64,000 nucleotides of DNA from the human T2T-CHM13v2.0 reference genome, Homo sapiens. A program made the position numbers and the translations under genes. The notes beneath the pieces are model-generated. The model worked only from the letters and a program-made list of their open reading frames with translations. It did not search any database and had not been told where the DNA came from. The stretch is taken from assembly GCF_009914755.1 (NCBI RefSeq), contig NC_060935.1; one strand, written 5' to 3'. Shown here piece by piece: positions 61,846 to 64,000 of the stretch. Each line of letters starts with the position of its first letter. Position 1 is the stretch's first letter.

Positions 61846-63639
61846 ATTCATTCTTCACAGTTCCAATCATCATTTTATGTTTTAAACACTCTTCTGTTTT
61901 CTTAAACATACCAATCATAGTTATTTTGGCATTCCTTTTTTTTCTGCTGCCTGTGCACATTGTTTTACCATGACTTGACCTGGGTAATGCTTCTCACATG
62001 TAATCTAGGGGAGAACGGAATGTAGTTTGGGGTGGGTGATGGTTGCTTAGAGTCAGAGAAAACATAGTATCTGTAGTGTAACTTTACATGTAACTAACTT
62101 TCTCAATTAAAAAAAATCATATCTTTTTAAAACTCCAGTGCCTATATCATCCATGCATTTATTTCTTTTTTATTCTATTGATTATTAGTCTTATTTTCTT
62201 GCCTCTTGCCATGTCTAGAATAAAAAAGCAAAAACCTACAGGTGATGTTCTCACTTCCAAGACTACTTTTTTTTTAATTTCCTCTCTTAGATAGCGTGAG
62301 GATGGACATTTTAATTCAAAAATGAATTGATCTTAGTAAGAATTGGAGTAGAGTTGCAGTAAGACTTAGTATACTCTGGTTCAATCTCATTTTTCTTGTC
62401 TTATTATTTTTGTTCTTCTTGGGAACCTAGCTAATTGGGTTATTTACTTTTAAAGTCTATGATAAATTCATGCCCTCTATTTTTTTTCTTCTCTTCCACC
62501 AACCCACACTATGTAGTTCCAAACCTGAGAAATGCTGGAGACTTTGTGTTGGAGGCAGACCTCTTTTCTTGTTAGCCTTAGGTTGATAAGCACTGTGAGA
62601 CTGAAGAATATATTACTGTGACTTTAAAAATTCTCAGCCTAGTCCTCCCGCCTGCTGTGTGCAAACCCATAACTCGGCAAAAAACGCCTGGGTCAAGTCA
62701 ACTGATTATTTGAGGTTTCTAAGTCTCCAATTTATTATTCCAGCACTGAAGGACCACTAAAATGTCTGCTGATTTTTCTTTTCCCCAGTGGGACCTCTCT
62801 CTCTGACATAAACCCAATCCTTAGCCTATATGCAGAACTAAGCACTGGGAGAAAATTACTCATGTTTGTAGTGTGTAATACTGACACCCTGAAAAGGAAC
62901 AGCAAATAAGGTAGGAGACCAGAAAGAACAGTGGTGTAGAAACAAAGCATTAGAGTCTCAGAACTGCGAACTCCCACTACACATATATGGAGGCAGAGAT
63001 TAAATGTGCTGCTTAATTCTCCTTATTCCTCTGTTGTTCAATCCTGTGGACGCAAAGTATGAACAGTCTGTGATAACTCTAACTTTATGTTGGTGAAATC
63101 TATAATTAGAACTAGAAATTAGAGGTTTCAAAGTCAGGGATTGTAGGAAATTGAGAATCTGAGAGTGTTTGACACTGTAACATACTGATTTAGCCATTAA
63201 CTTTCATCCAAATAAATAAGGAAAGGAAATAAGATTCATACATTATTATTCTGTATCTTGTTATCATCTAGTTAAATTTCTGCTCAGATCCATATAGCAA
63301 GGAAGGCAAAGCAGTTTCTATATTGTTTAGTGGTGTGTTGTAGTAGCTCTGTGTAGAATTTTATGTAACCACGAGATTGTGAATATTAATTATGGGAAAA
63401 TGCATATGGTCTAATGTTTGTGGTGTAAAATGATTTTTTCCTCATTTAAATTCTCAAATCATGTTTGTCATAGAATGGTGGATTTGCTCCCTTTCTTGTG
63501 ATTATTAACTGCTGGCTGTGAAGTCATTGATAAAGTTTAAAAATTCCTTAATCAGTGTAAAGGACATTGAACATTGTCCTAGAGTTCAAAACATACCTAA
63601 AATTATTTTTTTATTAATATGTTATTCTTTAAATAAAAT

Positions 63640-64000
63640 AACAAACAAACAAAAAACAAACAACCCTGTTAACAAATGGGCAAAGAACATGAACAGACAC
63701 TTCTCAAAAGAAGATATATATGTGTCCAACAAAGATATGAAAAAAATACTCCACATCACTAATCAACAGAGAAATGCAAATCAAAACCACAATGAGATAC
63801 CATCTCACACCGGTCACAATGGCTATTGTTAAAAAGTAAAAAATAACAGATGTTGGCAAAGTTGCAGAGTTAAAGGAACACTTACATACAACTGGTGGGA
63901 ATGTAAATTAATTCACCCTCTGTGGAAAACAGTGTGGAGGTTTCTCAAAGAACTTAAAACAGAACTATCATTCCACCCAGCAATCCAACTACTGGATATA
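63640..64000 (+). mobile_element. L1 (old L1PA/L1PB) ORF2 3' region continuing past window end
   Basis: [22 protein letters not shown] peptide; CAAAACCACAATGAGATACCATCTCAC. Confidence 0.92.

Noticed and set aside
61995-62116. Short segment ending in ATTAAAAAAAA, possible retrocopy
   Set aside because: No convincing TSD; more likely an old L1M 3' remnant

Overview
AT-rich, transposon-saturated primate (human-like) intergenic or intronic DNA. I found no host protein-coding exon, RNA gene, CRISPR array or prokaryotic feature. Every ORF in the track that I can recognise is a broken fragment of a transposon protein: L1 ORF2, Tigger1 and HSMAR2 transposases, or HERV-L gag/pro/pol. Contents: many L1 copies of different ages, eight Alus, L2 and MIR remnants, solo LTRs (LTR1/LTR27 group, THE1B, MLT2A, MLT1A, MSTA, LTR47, HERV-W LTR17), a full-length Tigger1, a full-length HSMAR2 and a 3'-truncated HERV-L provirus, often nested with readable target-site duplications (TSDs). 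Subfamily names come from my recall of consensus sequences, not a database search. I see no support for a new multi-gene system. The most unusual signals are small: a 24-nt unique sequence plus A-tail with TSD inside Tigger1, an LTR fragment pasted into the HERV-L integrase gene, an unexplained 53-bp inverted repeat about 700 bp apart, and a roughly 130-bp 5'-inverted L1.
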